Assembly: GCA_036172245.1 (NCBI GenBank)
Contig: JAYWIR010000055.1
Coordinates: 1-64,000, forward strand
Direction of reading: 5' to 3'
From: Raillietiella orientalis
Taxonomy: Eukaryota
DNA length: 64,000 nucleotides
How positions within the stretch are numbered: the stretch's first letter is position 1; every line of letters starts with the position of its first letter. Below the pieces are notes generated by a model. It was not told the DNA's origin, did not search any database, and saw only the letters and a list, made by a program, of their open reading frames with translations. The position numbers and the translations under genes were made by a program. Shown here in pieces: positions 9,841 through 21,796 of this stretch.

Positions 9841-12490
9841 AACACCAGATCCCCGGGGCAAACGGTGCACAGGGAACTCCTCGCAGAACTCGCGGACCCT
9901 GGCTTTCATGCGGTCCCAGTCTTGGAGATTCCGGAGGATGACGCCTCCCAGTACTTGGCGGAGATGTTCTTCCGCACCTGAGATGCGCGTCCAGTCCCCG
10001 GGCAGACGCCACGCCCTGGATGTTGGTCCTTTGTCGCGAGGCATAACCTCGAATATCAACCGGAAATGGTCCGATAGCGTCGACGGAATTTTCCCTCGTC
10101 TGCCGACCCGTGGGCACAGGTCGGCCTCAAGGAAGACGTGGTCTACGCTTTGGACCATTTCCGGTATGTCTCTCAACAAGTTTTGCGTGCGCATGACAGC
10201 CCACAACACGCTGGCTGCGTGTCTTTGCCCGCAAGGCACACCTGAGAGCTGGCGGATGTTAAAATCCCCACCGATCAGATGTGCCTTGCGTACGTTTGTA
10301 TCAGCCAGTTAGTCGCGCTTCAGAGTTTCGAGGAACCGGAAACGTTCCCCGTACACGCATCTAACTCTCGGAGCGTACACGTTCGTCAAGACAAGGTGGA
10401 TCGAGTCGGAGCACCTAAGGATGAGCTGGCCAGCCGTCTGTCCTTGTCGAAGCGTACGCCCTTGACGACGGCGGTGACTGCTGTCTTCATAAAAAACGCC
10501 ACGCCACAGGTGTTGAGAGCGCCGCATTGTTAATACAGACGACGCCCTGTGATCCTCTCGATCTCCTCGGCGCTATCCCTGGCGATCACGTGGATCTCCT
10601 GCAGGAGTGCCAGGTCGAAGTCACGCACGGTATCGGCCGTATCCCGCCTGTTGCCGTCGTCGCTCATCCCGTTGACGTTCAAGCAGGCTATGCCGATCCT
10701 ACGGCGACAGGAGAGCCGAAGTGCTAATCCTTGGAAAGTGGCAATGGGACTTCCGTAACCTGGTCGGGCGGGAAGCTAGAAGGATGGGGTGCGTCGCGCA
10801 CGGCTTCGCGCTCCTCCATGGGGGTCGAATCGTTAGCAGGGCCGTGAATAGAAAAGGGGGATTCAATCACCTGTACTTCCTATTTCATGGAAGTCACCAG
10901 CTGCACGGTATCGGAAAATGAGAGATTCCCACCCTCCTCTCCCACACTGCTGGCTTCCCCCTCGGGTGCCGCTTCATTCCTCTCCTTGGTCCGGATGCGC
11001 CGCCTGTGGTTCTTCTACTTGCTCCCCGTCTTCTTTGGTGGCGACTCCGCTGAGGAAGACACACTTCCAGCATCCGGATCGGCCTCACCTGCCTTCGGAG
11101 GCTTCCTCACGGCCGGCCTTCCTGAGGCTTTCCGCGAGTTCTTCTAATGGCCTTGCAGTTCAACCGCGAGTTCTTCCACCGCCTAGAGGAAAGTGGCCTC
11201 CTCGAGCACGTCGGGCGCGGCAGGCGGTTCCCCTTCGGTATCCCCAGAGGGTTCGCCATCCACCGTCGTGGCTTCGGCGGACGCGAGGGGGGGAATTGCT
11301 CCCCCGGTGGCGGCATCGAGTGCCTCCTCACGCTCTAATTTCACGAAACACGCGCGGAGTTTTTCGCGGCACGGTTTTTCGCGCTGCGTTTTTGTTTTCC
11401 TTGCGTTTCTTTCGGGAATCCCGAGTTTTCTTCTTGGCGGTACCCTCTGCCAGCCTTCGCCGTTGCCAGCGTCGTCGGGAGTGCTCTCAACCGACGTTTG
11501 CTGAGAAAGTTTGTGGACTGGCATCTGGCTTTTTACAGCCCGTTTCAAGTTATTCACATCTCCCTCCTGTTTTTCCTTTCCCTCTTTGGGAGCGGGTGGG
11601 ACCTTGATTTCTCTTCTCGGGCTCACCTTGCGAATGGGGCTTTTATTTCCACATAAGTGGCATTGGATGTTTTTTTAGGTCCCTGTGGCATCGCAATCGC
11701 CACAATACTTGAGCTTTCCAAGATACCAAACATCGACTTCTTCTTCATCGATGTTTAGTTTGTGGGGAAGCCCACCATTCTCCGGTAATGTGACACGGGA
11801 AGCATCCATCCCACTGAATAGCCGTCCGTAAGTTCGGAAGACATTAGGTTTGGCCCAATAAGCGTGCACATTACCGTGTTTTGCCAATTCCTCATGGACT
11901 TCGCTTTTGCCCATTCGTAGTGTGACTCCTGTGAGGTGGACCACGACGGAGCGGTTCTCCGTCACAGGGAGGATCCTGCGACCGTCCACCTTAATGGGGG
12001 TGTTCAGCAGGCGCTTCGCCAGACTTGCATCTCTGCAACTCAGCTCGACTCGTCCCCCACTAAGGACGGAGAGGCCCTCAAGGTCTTCCTCCCTTACGTT
12101 TAAACTTTGCAGCTCCATTTCGAAGGAGCGTACAATTTTCTCATCGAATACACTGCCTACCTTATAGATCAGCGACTGTTTGTAGCCGCTGTCCATGTAG
12201 GCAGTCTGCTCCGCAACTGCAGCCGGGGATGGTGCGGCAACGACGGTACCCCAACTCCTCGCCGCTGGCGAAGAGGTTTGCGAAGGGGTGGTTGCCCCGG
12301 ATTCCGTGGGGGCAGATGCCCCCACTTTCATGGATGTAGGAGAGCAAATCGCCTCTCCTCTCCCAATTTCCATCGCGGTGCCCTCAGGCATTTCTGCCAT
12401 AGGATTACGGCGCTCCCGCACACCAGACAAAACCAACGAAAAGCTTTCCACTAACTAGACAGCGGTGCGATGCCAAAATACGTCCGCTCC
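9841..12490 (-). mobile_element. Tx1-like element C: 5' half (5' UTR, ORF1, endonuclease), decayed
   Basis: ORF1 from ATG 12400, frameshifted at the knuckle (CGDCDATG). EN remnants LNVNG, NVYAP, GDFN, TLSDH at ~10700-10050. 5' motif GGACGTATTTT at 12485-12475. Confidence 0.88.
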
Positions 12491-13100
12491 CTAGACGGAC
12501 ACGGGGGAGAGTCAACCTTATTTGTGTCAGGTGCGGGGAGAGAGAATACCTCTCCCACCTGTCATTGCATTGTGTTGACCTCCGGCCCCTGTGGGAACGC
12601 TTTGCCGCGGCCCTAAGTATATCCGGAGGCAACCCCAGAGACGCTTTGCGCCCCCTCTTCGTCCGTGACGCCCTGCCTCCGACGGCCTTGCTTGCAGTCC
12701 TGTGCTGCCTACGCGGGATCGTCGTGGCATGGAGCAAAGCGACGGGAGGAACCGGTGACAGGGATGGTAGCGAATACGCCGCCCGCTTCATGGGGATGGC
12801 GACGCGATGGCCCCATCTGGAACCAAGTACCCATCAACAGCTTGCCGGCATCCTCCAAAGGATGACGGACCCTCCCAGCAGATAGTGATCTCTTCTTCTT
12901 CCCTCCACAATTTGGTTTGGTTTTTTATTTTCTTTTTGTTTCATTCCCCCTCCCCTCTGCTGCCGAGGTCGGCCGCACCGGTCTGCGCACCGGGTGCTCG
13001 GCAGGCTGATAGTTTCTAGGGCATGGCTGGTCTACTGTTGCAGCCACAGTTTATATAGGTTTGTTCGCAAGAATAAACGTCCCGGCGCAACCGGGTTTCA
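12491..13100 (+). mobile_element. Tx1-like element Q: ORF2 C-terminus and 3' UTR
   Basis: CVRCGEREYLSHL..HCVDLRPLWERF...RWPHL, homologous to P. AATAAA plus terminal hairpin CCCGGCGCAACCGGG at 13081-13095. Confidence 0.85.
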
Positions 13101-13104
13101 ACTG

Positions 13105-14800
13105 AAACCGCAGAGCCGTCGCATGAAAACTGCGGCAACGACGCGAGCAGCAGCGACGAGAAAAATTTCGAGAAGGCGGCGGAGGAATTAGCGGCGAGCT
13201 TAAAAAGGAGGTGTGTGGTAGATGCAAAGTGAGGGGTGGGAAGCGGTTGTTCTGTTTTTGGCTCGCTGGAAAAGAATTTTGTTGTGTGGAACTATCTGTG
13301 GTGTGTGAACCGCTCGCCACAGGTGGAGCTTCGCATGGTGTTTCGATCAAATCGGAGATGTTTTCGAGGAAGCACACTTCAGTGGAATATTTTTCGCTAA
13401 AGGAGTTGCGGAAGCACGGATGCAACCGTTGAGGGATAGCTTCTCGAAGGGCACAAGTTGTTCTAAGGAGAATATAAGGTGGGTTTTGGGCAGTAATAGG
13501 ATACTTTGTAGTTTCTTCTAGAGATGAAAAAGAGATACTGCAGTTTGGTGGAGACACAGAAAGGCATGGTTCGAGGGAAGAGTTTGTCTCAGGATTAGAT
13601 TGAACAGGATTAAATGGGGACTGAATAAATGCCTCATTCTTAAGTTTTTCCATTCGAATAGGGGAAGAGCGAGCACTAGAACGTGCAGGAAGTTGTCTTG
13701 TTATTGGGGATTTCCTGCAGGCTGAAGATGATTCATGTTCCCAGCTCGGGAGAAAGCTATGAAAAGATTTCCTAGGCATTACTCGGGCTGGCGTTTTAAG
13801 ATGTCTGCATATGAGGAAAGAGATAACGGAGCTTTCAATGTGGCAGATGGAGTACCACCACTAGGGTTAAGTGTTGAACGGAGTTTCTTGGTCATCGGAT
13901 GAATATCTTGTTTGCTCTCTATCTTCGAAGTAGCGTCATCGTGGGAGCATGCAGAGAATTGGGCAGAAATTTCGCTTCGAATTTCCAGAGGGATAGGTTG
14001 AAACGCATCTTCATTATCCAAAAAATTTTCACAGCTTCCTCAGGAGAAGGAGAGGATGGATTCGCAGCGTGAGTCGCAGGGTTAAAAGAGGTTGTTCGAG
14101 GATGTCGCTCGAGGTTGTACATGACGCTGTTTGTGAAGATTGAAGGAAGTTTGAGTCTTCTAGGGATTTAAGCAGGATATCGTCTCCCAGCTGTTCAAAA
14201 AACTCTGAATGACTTGGGCCGGCTTACTCATCAAGAAGTTCAAACTCAGATAGTTTCTTAAATTTTGATGTGCCATGCACACTTTGGTTGTTCTTCACGC
14301 GAAAACCTTTGCGGTCGAAGCTAGAGGGACAGAACGTACAGGGAAACTTTAAATTTTTCAGGGGGAGTGGAAGTTCTAATGCTCGAATGGATTGAATGCA
14401 CTTATGGGAAGCAAGAGAATATTTCAGAGGGTCGGCAGTAAAGTTGCATTCATTACAAAAGTAAAAAGTAATTTGGGGGTTTACACCATGGATGCGTGAG
14501 ATACGGTGCTTCAGGCTTCTAAAGCGATTGTAGGTTTCTTCAGCTGAGGAAGCAAACTTCTATCTCTCGATCGGACATAGGCATGGTCGTGGGAGGGAAA
14601 CACGTAGATATAGGCATCTGTCGGAGTCTAAGAAATTGGGCTTGGAAGACGGCTTTAAATTTTCCATGCTGCACATGTCATGAGACAAACAAAATTACAT
14701 CGGACATAAGGTCAGTGGACATCCTTAGGAATTACTGCGAAATCTTCAGAAGTTCAGACGCGATCGCAAGCGCCATGGACATGGTAAAAAAGAAAGTTTT
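13105..14800 (-). mobile_element. 5' fragment of a probable R2/NeSL/Utopia-type non-LTR element (three N-terminal zinc fingers + Ser/Pro-rich linker), decayed
   Basis: From ATG 14667(-): ...CPIER*...SLKHRISRIHG, FCNECNF...ASHKC, FPCTFCPSSFDRKG...VHG, followed by broken S/P-rich ORFs (14122-13051). No RT is visible, so the clade call rests on the zinc-finger layout only. Confidence 0.5.
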
Positions 14801-15316
14801 CCGGAAACGAGAGACAGCGCGTGAATACTCCTGTATACACTAGCAGTATATATGCGCAATACAGGTACGCTACCATGCCTAGCGCGCGGTGCGTATGTTT
14901 TACGAGCATGCCATGTGGCCGCGCCGCCATCTTGGAAAATATCGCACATTCATTCAACATCAGGCATTGTACGTAAACCCACTTTTCATGCACAATATTG
15001 CAAAGCATCAAATGTTTTGAAAATGAGCGCAAACTTAGCATAAATCAAACCTATGCAATGTCTTGATAGCGACAAAGCAAAAACTCTTACCTTGGCCAGC
15101 CAACAGCTCTCTAGTTAAACTATAGCAGCTGCGGGCGACCAGAGGGAAATCCGTATTTTCGCAACACTAACTAACGTATCACGCTAATTTTCCGTATACA
15201 GCTAGAGTACGTATATAAATATTAGAAAACAGTAAATGATCACAAGTCGTGGCGAGAAAAGTTTTGAACACTACTTGAACTTCTACATAGCGGAGCTAGG
15301 TTCAAACACGTCTTGC

Positions 15317-16887
15317 CGTACAGGCTAACGCTGGCCAACCTGTCCAGGAACTCCGGCCATGGCCGCCTATGCTGACGACCTACTTCTCCTGTTTCCCATG
15401 TCCACTCCGGCGTCCAGTCTGGAAGATTTCTTCGACCTCATCCGTCGGGCAGCGGTCGTGAGCGTCGACAGGACGAAATCCCTCGTCGTGCTGGTTGGCT
15501 CTACGTGGGACTGCATCCGCCTGGGGATCCCTACGGGCAGGTGCTCTAAGTACCTCGGCGTTCCCTTGTACGCCTTCTGTTCAGCAGAGGCGTGGTCGGA
15601 CCGTCTTCAAAACGTGGAATTGGCGATCGACCCGTTCCGGGACGGCAAGTTTTACTTGCGGGAACGGGCCGCGGTGTAAAACGCCTTTGCAGCCCGTCTC
15701 CTTCGCCCCCTACTTTTTGCGTGCCCCCTCCACAAATTATTACACGGACAAGGGGCCTCATACGGAAAGCCCTCTGGGGCGATCGGAGGCCCCGCGTCCG
15801 GTTTAAAGACTTGTGCGCTCCCCGCAGAGACGGTGGACTTGGTGACTTGGTCTCCTGAAGTTGGAGCGCATAGAGCGCCAGCTTCAATTTAGAAAACTTG
15901 CCCTTGTGGCAAAGTATTGGACAGCACCCTGGTGTGCGCCGACAAGACTCCTCGCTCACAAGGCAACCGGCTGCTTCGGATTGACCTCAATCCTAGTAGC
16001 CAACGACCGTAGCCTGAACCATTGTGGGTTTCAGCTGCGCGATTTGGTTGCCCTGTTGAGAGACAATCCTTGGATCTCCTGCATCCCTGCGGACTGGACT
16101 ACCTGGCTCCTGGAGTCCGTTTCCGCGTGGGGGAAAATAAACGGCTCTAGCGATGAGGACTTCTCCTGCCTCCGTAGAGGCAGGTACGCTGGTCAGCCAC
16201 TGCAGGAGATCGTTTGCAACCCACGGAAACTTCTGTGGGCTTCCTTCACCCCCCTTGCCCCCGTGCTGCCCTTCCTTACAGAAGCTAGGGACAGCCAAGA
16301 GGAGGCTTGTTACGAAGTGTCTTGCCTCATCGGAGGCAGGAAAAAACCAATGAAGGTGTGGACTTCCCGGGAACTAGCGGACGCTACAACCCCAAGTGTC
16401 CCGCCAAATGAAATTGTGCGCTGGGGCGAGCTGCTCGGCATGCCTCCGGAGGAGGTGAAGTGGCCCCCGGCGTATTGGGACAGTGGCACCCTCCCTTTGG
16501 ATTGGCAGGAGATGGCGCTGCTTGTGCTCCATTGGATACTTTTGAGAGGAGCACGCCTGTCTCACTGGACATTGGGGAGATTGGATGCCCATTGTACAGT
16601 GTGGGGAAAGGGAGACCTTTCCCACTTAATAATCGAATGTGTTGCCCTCCTCCGCACGTGGGATCGACTCTCGTCGGCCATAAACGTAGCGGTGGGCGAC
16701 CCTAAAAACATTTTTCGTCGCCTCTTGATGCGGAACTCCCTGCCAGGTGCCGCGTGTGTTGCGATTCTCTGCTGCATACGAGGAATGTTGGACAAGTGGA
16801 ACGCGTCGATAAGAGGCCACAGTAGTCTTTATTATGTAATTTTGTAAACAGTTATAATAATTAATGCCCCGGCATATCTGGGTGATA
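15317..16887 (+). mobile_element. Tx1-like element D: 3' half of ORF2 and shortened 3' end
   Basis: AYADDLLLL, KYLGVP, TAPWCAP, WGELLG. Stop at 15677. Ends CCCGGCATATCTGGGTGATAA. Confidence 0.88.
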
Positions 16888-16899
16888 AACTTTCAGTCA

Positions 16900-18563
16900 T
16901 GGGGATTCGCTGAGGATCCCCACAGGCGCGTACATCAGGTACTTTGGCGTTCCACTGGGGACTTCTGTCCAACAGAATCCTGGTCGGTCGGTCCGCCTGT
17001 AGTTGGCAATCGGCCCGTTCCTGGGAGGCAAGTTTCACTTGCCGCAACGGTCCGCAGTGTGAAACGCGTTTGTGGCCCGCTTCCTTGTCCCCTACTTTTT
17101 GTTTGCCCCGCCCACCCAACATGGAAAAAAGCACGGAGGACCTCCTGAGGAAAGTCCTTTGGGGCACAGGGAGGTCTTGGGTTCGTTTAAAAGACTTGGG
17201 CGCTCCACGCAGGGACGGTGGACGCTGGAGCGCATGGAGCTGCAATTTCGAAAATTCGCCCTTGCGGCGAATTTGTGGACAACGCCATGGTGCGAACGCG
17301 CACTCCCCCTCCCCAGTAGAGCGACCGGCTGCGAAGGATTGCCTTCGACTGTCGTGGCCTACGACCGCAGCCTGAGGCACTGTTGCCATCAGCTGCGCGG
17401 CATGGTTACCCAGTGCAGGAGAGCACGTGGATCTCCTGCGTCCTCGTGAACTGTACTGCCTGGCTTCAGGAGCGTCAGTTTCCGCATGGGAAAAGATCAA
17501 CGGCTCGAGCGAGCCGGACTACGCATGCCTCCGTAGAGGCAGGTACGCTGGACAGCCCCTGCAGGAGATTGTAAACAACCCACGCAAGTTGGGCTGTGGG
17601 CTTCTTCTACCCCCTTGCCCCCGTGCTGTTCTCCCTCAGGAACGCTAGGGACAGCAACGAACGAGCATCGTGGGAAGTGCCCTGCCTCATTGGAGGCAGG
17701 AAAAGACTGTTCAAGTCATGGACAACTCGGCAGCTAGTGGATGCTGAGACCCCGAGCGTCCTGCCTAAAGGACTTCTGCGCTGGGCGAGCTGCTCGGAAT
17801 ACCTCCGGAGAATTTGAAGTGGCCCCCAGCGCGTTAGGACAAAGGCACCCTTCCCCTGAAGTCGCAGGAGACGGCGTTGCTATTCTTGCATTGGGGAATC
17901 CTATGCAGAGTGCGCCTGTATCACTGGACACTGGGGAATGTGGATGCACGCTGCATCGAGTGCGGCGAAAGGGAAACCTTTCCGCATCTGATAATAGTCT
18001 CTGTTGACCTCCGTGTAGTTTGGGATCGGTTTTATTTGATCCTACAAATTCCGGTAGGCAATCCGAAGAACATTTTCCGCCGCCTCTTCCGGAGTGATGC
18101 CCTGCCCATAGCTGCATCTGTAGCAGTTTTCTGCTTGCTACGCGGAATCCCTGCAAGATGGAACGCATCAATAAGAGGCCACAATAGCAGGATGCCATCC
18201 ACTTGGCGTCCATGGCCTTCATGAAGATCGCCGCCCGATGGTCCGACTACGGAACATTCTGTCAACACTTGTCAGCATCCGGAACAGGATGCAGAGGAGC
18301 ACTCCAGGTGACCGTTGATCTCTTCCCTGCCCTCTTCTCCCCGAAAAAACATTTCTCTCCTTTTTTTTGAATTTTTTGTATATTTTTTTCCCTGGTTTTC
18401 TCTTCCCCACCGTCTATAGAGAGGACCTCACCAGTCTGCTCACCAGTTAAGACAAGTGTTTCGCAAAGATGGAACCAAGCGTTCCACCTCAAACATTTTT
18501 ACGATTTTATTAAAAAATTCATGAAGTTCTAACAATAAATGCCCCAGCAAATCTGGGTGATAA
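16900..18563 (+). mobile_element. Tx1-like element E (same family as D): 3' part, heavily frameshifted
   Basis: Shares long nucleotide blocks with D (e.g. gcctccgtagag..ggcaggtacgctgg). CIECGERETFPHL. Ends AATAAATGCCCCAGCAAATCTGGGTGATAA. Confidence 0.85.
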
Positions 18564-18574
18564 ACTTCCAGCCG

Positions 18575-19008
18575 TGCGCTGGTCATAGACCCATCTGCAC
18601 TCGACGTTGCTGGACGAGGTTGCCCCGTGACAGCCATAGTTGCACGATTACGTCCTGAAGCTGCTGATGCTGTTGCTGCAGTAGGATGCTCTCGGAATCT
18701 CAGCGCAGGTTGAACTGAGAAAGAGTTCCTGGACCGAATGATCAATCTGCTCAGCTGTAGCTATGTTGTCCCTGTTGTCCAATACACCAAACAGTGCTTG
18801 CAGAAACAGGACACAGACGTATCTTGGGAACGCTACTTTGGGGTGAATGTTTTAGACGTGATCGTCATACTCTTTGGAGTTCTACCAGCTGTTCCCACCT
18901 ACGGTACAGAACGAAGAGGTCACAGGCAGCATGCATGCTGAAGGGCAGAACGACCCTGTCTTTGAATTCACTGTTTACTGCAAAGCCAATTGCATAATGG
19001 TGGTTTGA
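18575..19008 (+). pseudogene. NELFCD: Decayed 3' fragment of negative elongation factor C/D (TH1-like)
   Basis: Across stops and frameshifts: HSTLLDEVAP*QP*LHDYVLKLL...[96 protein letters not shown]. This is colinear with the NELF-C/D C-terminus as I recall it (LLDRMVHLLSRGYVLPVV...DTDISLIRYF...EGEHDPVTEFIAHCKSNFIM). Confidence 0.85.
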
Positions 19009-19204
19009 GCTCATCCGTGGATGCAAGTGCGAGAAAGATGAGATGGATGCCGCTGTTGTGACATGCCGGCAGAATGTCAACTTCCTTTCAGCACGACTTC
19101 CACCCTCCCCATCTCCAGATCTGGAGACAGGCATGATTCCGCATAACTGGAGGCTGTAACTGCAAAATCTTGTACAAATGACATTTTTATCTGGTTTCAG
19201 CACC

Positions 19205-19983
19205 TGTGATGCAGAGGTATGCTGTGGCCCCCAGCGTGCCGGAACAGTGCTACCCTCTTCCTAAAGTGGCAAGAGGCGGCAATTCTGCTGTTCCATAGAG
19301 GCCTCTCGTACAACGCCCGTTTACACCACTGGAACCATGGGGGGGGAGGTGAACCCCAACTGCGGCAGTTGCGGCGATAGAGTCCCTTCCGCACCTGCTC
19401 ATGGACTGCATTGCCCTACGCCCTCTGCGGCAGAAGGCGTCTTCGCCGAGTGCCTGGAGATCCCCAAGGGCAACCCCGGAGGAGTTTCGAAACGCTTCTT
19501 CCTGCGCGGCGCGTTCCCCCACGCCGGCCGCATCCCCAGCAGCCCTCTGCTTGCTACCTCCACGGCGGAACCGTGGTTGCGTGCAGCAATGCGAGAGGAG
19601 GCCAGGATGACAGGGACGCCAATTATTGGGTGCTCCTCTTCTTGATGGTAGCGTCAAGATGGCCCCATCTGGGAATCCTGAGACAGCGAAATTGCAGGCA
19701 TCCTGGCAAGACGCAGAAGACGCCCTCTAGCATCCGGTGATCCCTTCCAGAACATTCCCAATTTTTCTTATTTTTGTATGTATTTTTGCATTTATTTTTA
19801 TTTTTCTTTGTTCCACCTCCACCCTCGTTCCTTCTCTACCGAAAGCGAACTTTGCCGGACTGCATGCTGGCACTCGGCAGGTTCCCATGATTGCATTTGT
19901 GACGTGGTAGGGCCAAGCATCCTGCCATCGACATCTACGTTTATTTCATATAAATAGACACCCCGGCGCAACCGGGTGTCAAG
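19205..19983 (+). mobile_element. Tx1-like element F: ORF2 C-terminus and 3' UTR, decayed
   Basis: LKWQEAAILL, NCGSCGDR..PHLLMDC, RWPHL. Terminal hairpin CCCGGCGCAACCGGG at 19962-19976. Confidence 0.8.
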
Positions 19984-19989
19984 CCACTT

Positions 19990-20655
19990 GCTTTTGAGAA
20001 TTGCTATGCCTTCCAGGAACCATGGAGGAGGAAACTGGCAGCAGCACTCGTGCACCAGGAGGACACCGGTTGAGGCGCGCTGCGTCGGTTCTTCGCGCAG
20101 GGAGGACTCTCGACTAGTACGATGGTCGCAACGATGGATGGTTGCATCCGTACTATCATCACGGCCCGCCATGTGCTCGAGACGACCACGCAGCGAATGG
20201 AGGTTACCGGGATGGCAGACGCCTACATGGGTACGGCTGCAAAGTGGACTCACCTGCAAGAAGAAGTGAAGGAGGAGATGGCCGGCTCCTGTTTGAGGGT
20301 GGCTAGGAATGGCAGGCACCGGCGACCTTTGTCCTCTGCCTCCCTTTATTTTTTCTTCCCATTCCTCATTTCCATTCGCTCTGTTTCTTATCCAGTATAT
20401 TTTTTTTCGATCCTGATGTACACGGAGCCAACCCAAAGATCCCTGTCCCACCCCACTGCATTTATTTCATTCCATTTTATTTCTTTATTTATTTGTTGTT
20501 CCCGCTTCGCACTCCCGTGCCGGTCTTTCCGTTATCCCCGACCTGCGTGTCGGTGTACCCTTCCCTTAAACTTCTTTCGCCGTCGGCTGGGAACCAGCGC
20601 GCTCCCGACTGGTTTGTCTTTTACCAAAGGAACGCCCCAGTGCGACCGGGTGAGG
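19990..20655 (+). mobile_element. Tx1-like element G (A-related): ORF2 extreme C-terminus and 3' UTR
   Basis: CIRTIITARHVL...AAKWTHLQEEV matches A CVRAIVRARHVL...AAGWPHL. Hairpin CCGAC-CTGCGT-GTCGG at ~20538-20553. Degenerate terminal hairpin at ~20637-20651. Confidence 0.7.
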
Positions 20656-20845
20656 AACCTCTCCGTGCCTGTCCACGGATGAATCCGGGAGCTTTGGGGT
20701 TTCCCACATCCGCTTCTTCCGGGGAGGCGGTTGGGCTGCGTTCCTTGCACGCTGCGAGCAAATGCCTGCGACTCGCGGCGCGTCCTCGCAACCGGAAGTC
20801 AGACGGCGGCGACCGACGAAGACGGGCTTGGGAGGAAAGGGCGGG

Positions 20846-21796
20846 TCAGCACCTGGGTACGCCGGGGCCTTTATTATGGACTCTGTTTTACTTGGTAGAA
20901 GGCCCCACGGCCAACACAACGCCGGAACTGCCGGGACGCAGCCCGGCGTGACTCTCCTCGGCAGTGGAAGGGGATGGAGGAGAGAACAACAAAAAAAATT
21001 AAACATAAGGAAAAGAAAAAGAGTTTGGAGGGGCAGGATGGGATTACAGGCCACAGAGAAGAGGATCCATCCTTCGCAGGATGCCCTCGAGATCCTTCCT
21101 CATTCGTCCCAGTTGGGGCCATACCGTTGCTCTCACCATAAAGCGAACAGCATACGGGATGACGTCCCTCTCGTTACCATCTTCGTCGTGGTCATCACTC
21201 CAAGCCACCACGATGCCTCGAATGCAGCATAGTGCTGCCACGGCTGCGGCTGGCTGCAAGGCGTCCCGCACGAAGAGAAACCGGAAAACGTCTCTGGGTT
21301 CGCTCCCCACCGGAAGCCCGAGGATCGTCCCAAACCGTTCCCATTAGGGTCGGAAGGCAGCACAATCAACGATGAGGGGGGAAGCGATTCTCGCTTCCTA
21401 CACCTGGCACAATCAGGATGTACTCTACCTCGCGTCCAGTGGAAGCGGCGCGCGTTGCAGGGTAGACCCCGATGCAACAGCAGCAGCGCCGACTCTTGCC
21501 ACTTCAGGGGGAGAATCCTGGATCCTTGCAGCAGTGGGGGCCACTTCAGGTCATCCGTCGGGATGCCGAGCAGCTCGTCCCATCTCATCAGTCCATGCGG
21601 AAGGACACTCAGGGTCGTGGCATCCGCCAGTTCTCCCATGATCCAGCCGCTTAACTTCTCTCTGCCTGCGATCCGACAGCCACTTCGGCGTTGGTCCGCT
21701 GACGATGGTTTTCCGTAGGAAGGGCAGTTCCGTAGCTAAAGGGGTGGTCTTTACTCACGTTCTACTGCTGGAACACTGCAGAATGGTCCCCAGGGT
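20846..21796 (-). mobile_element. 5'-truncated Tx1-like element H (P family)
   Basis: Closely similar to 8870-9840. Candidate degenerate 14-bp TSD GAGGAAAGGGCGGG (20832-20845) / GAGGAAAAGGCAGG (21797-21810). Confidence 0.85.

Noticed and set aside
6545..13100. Twin-priming (5' inversion) explanation for the head-to-head pairs B/P and C/Q
   Set aside because: B continues on the far side of A (541-729), the implied deletions would be several kb, and the same pattern involves an unrelated ZF element. Nesting explains all junctions more simply, though twin priming is not formally excluded until the left flank is seen.
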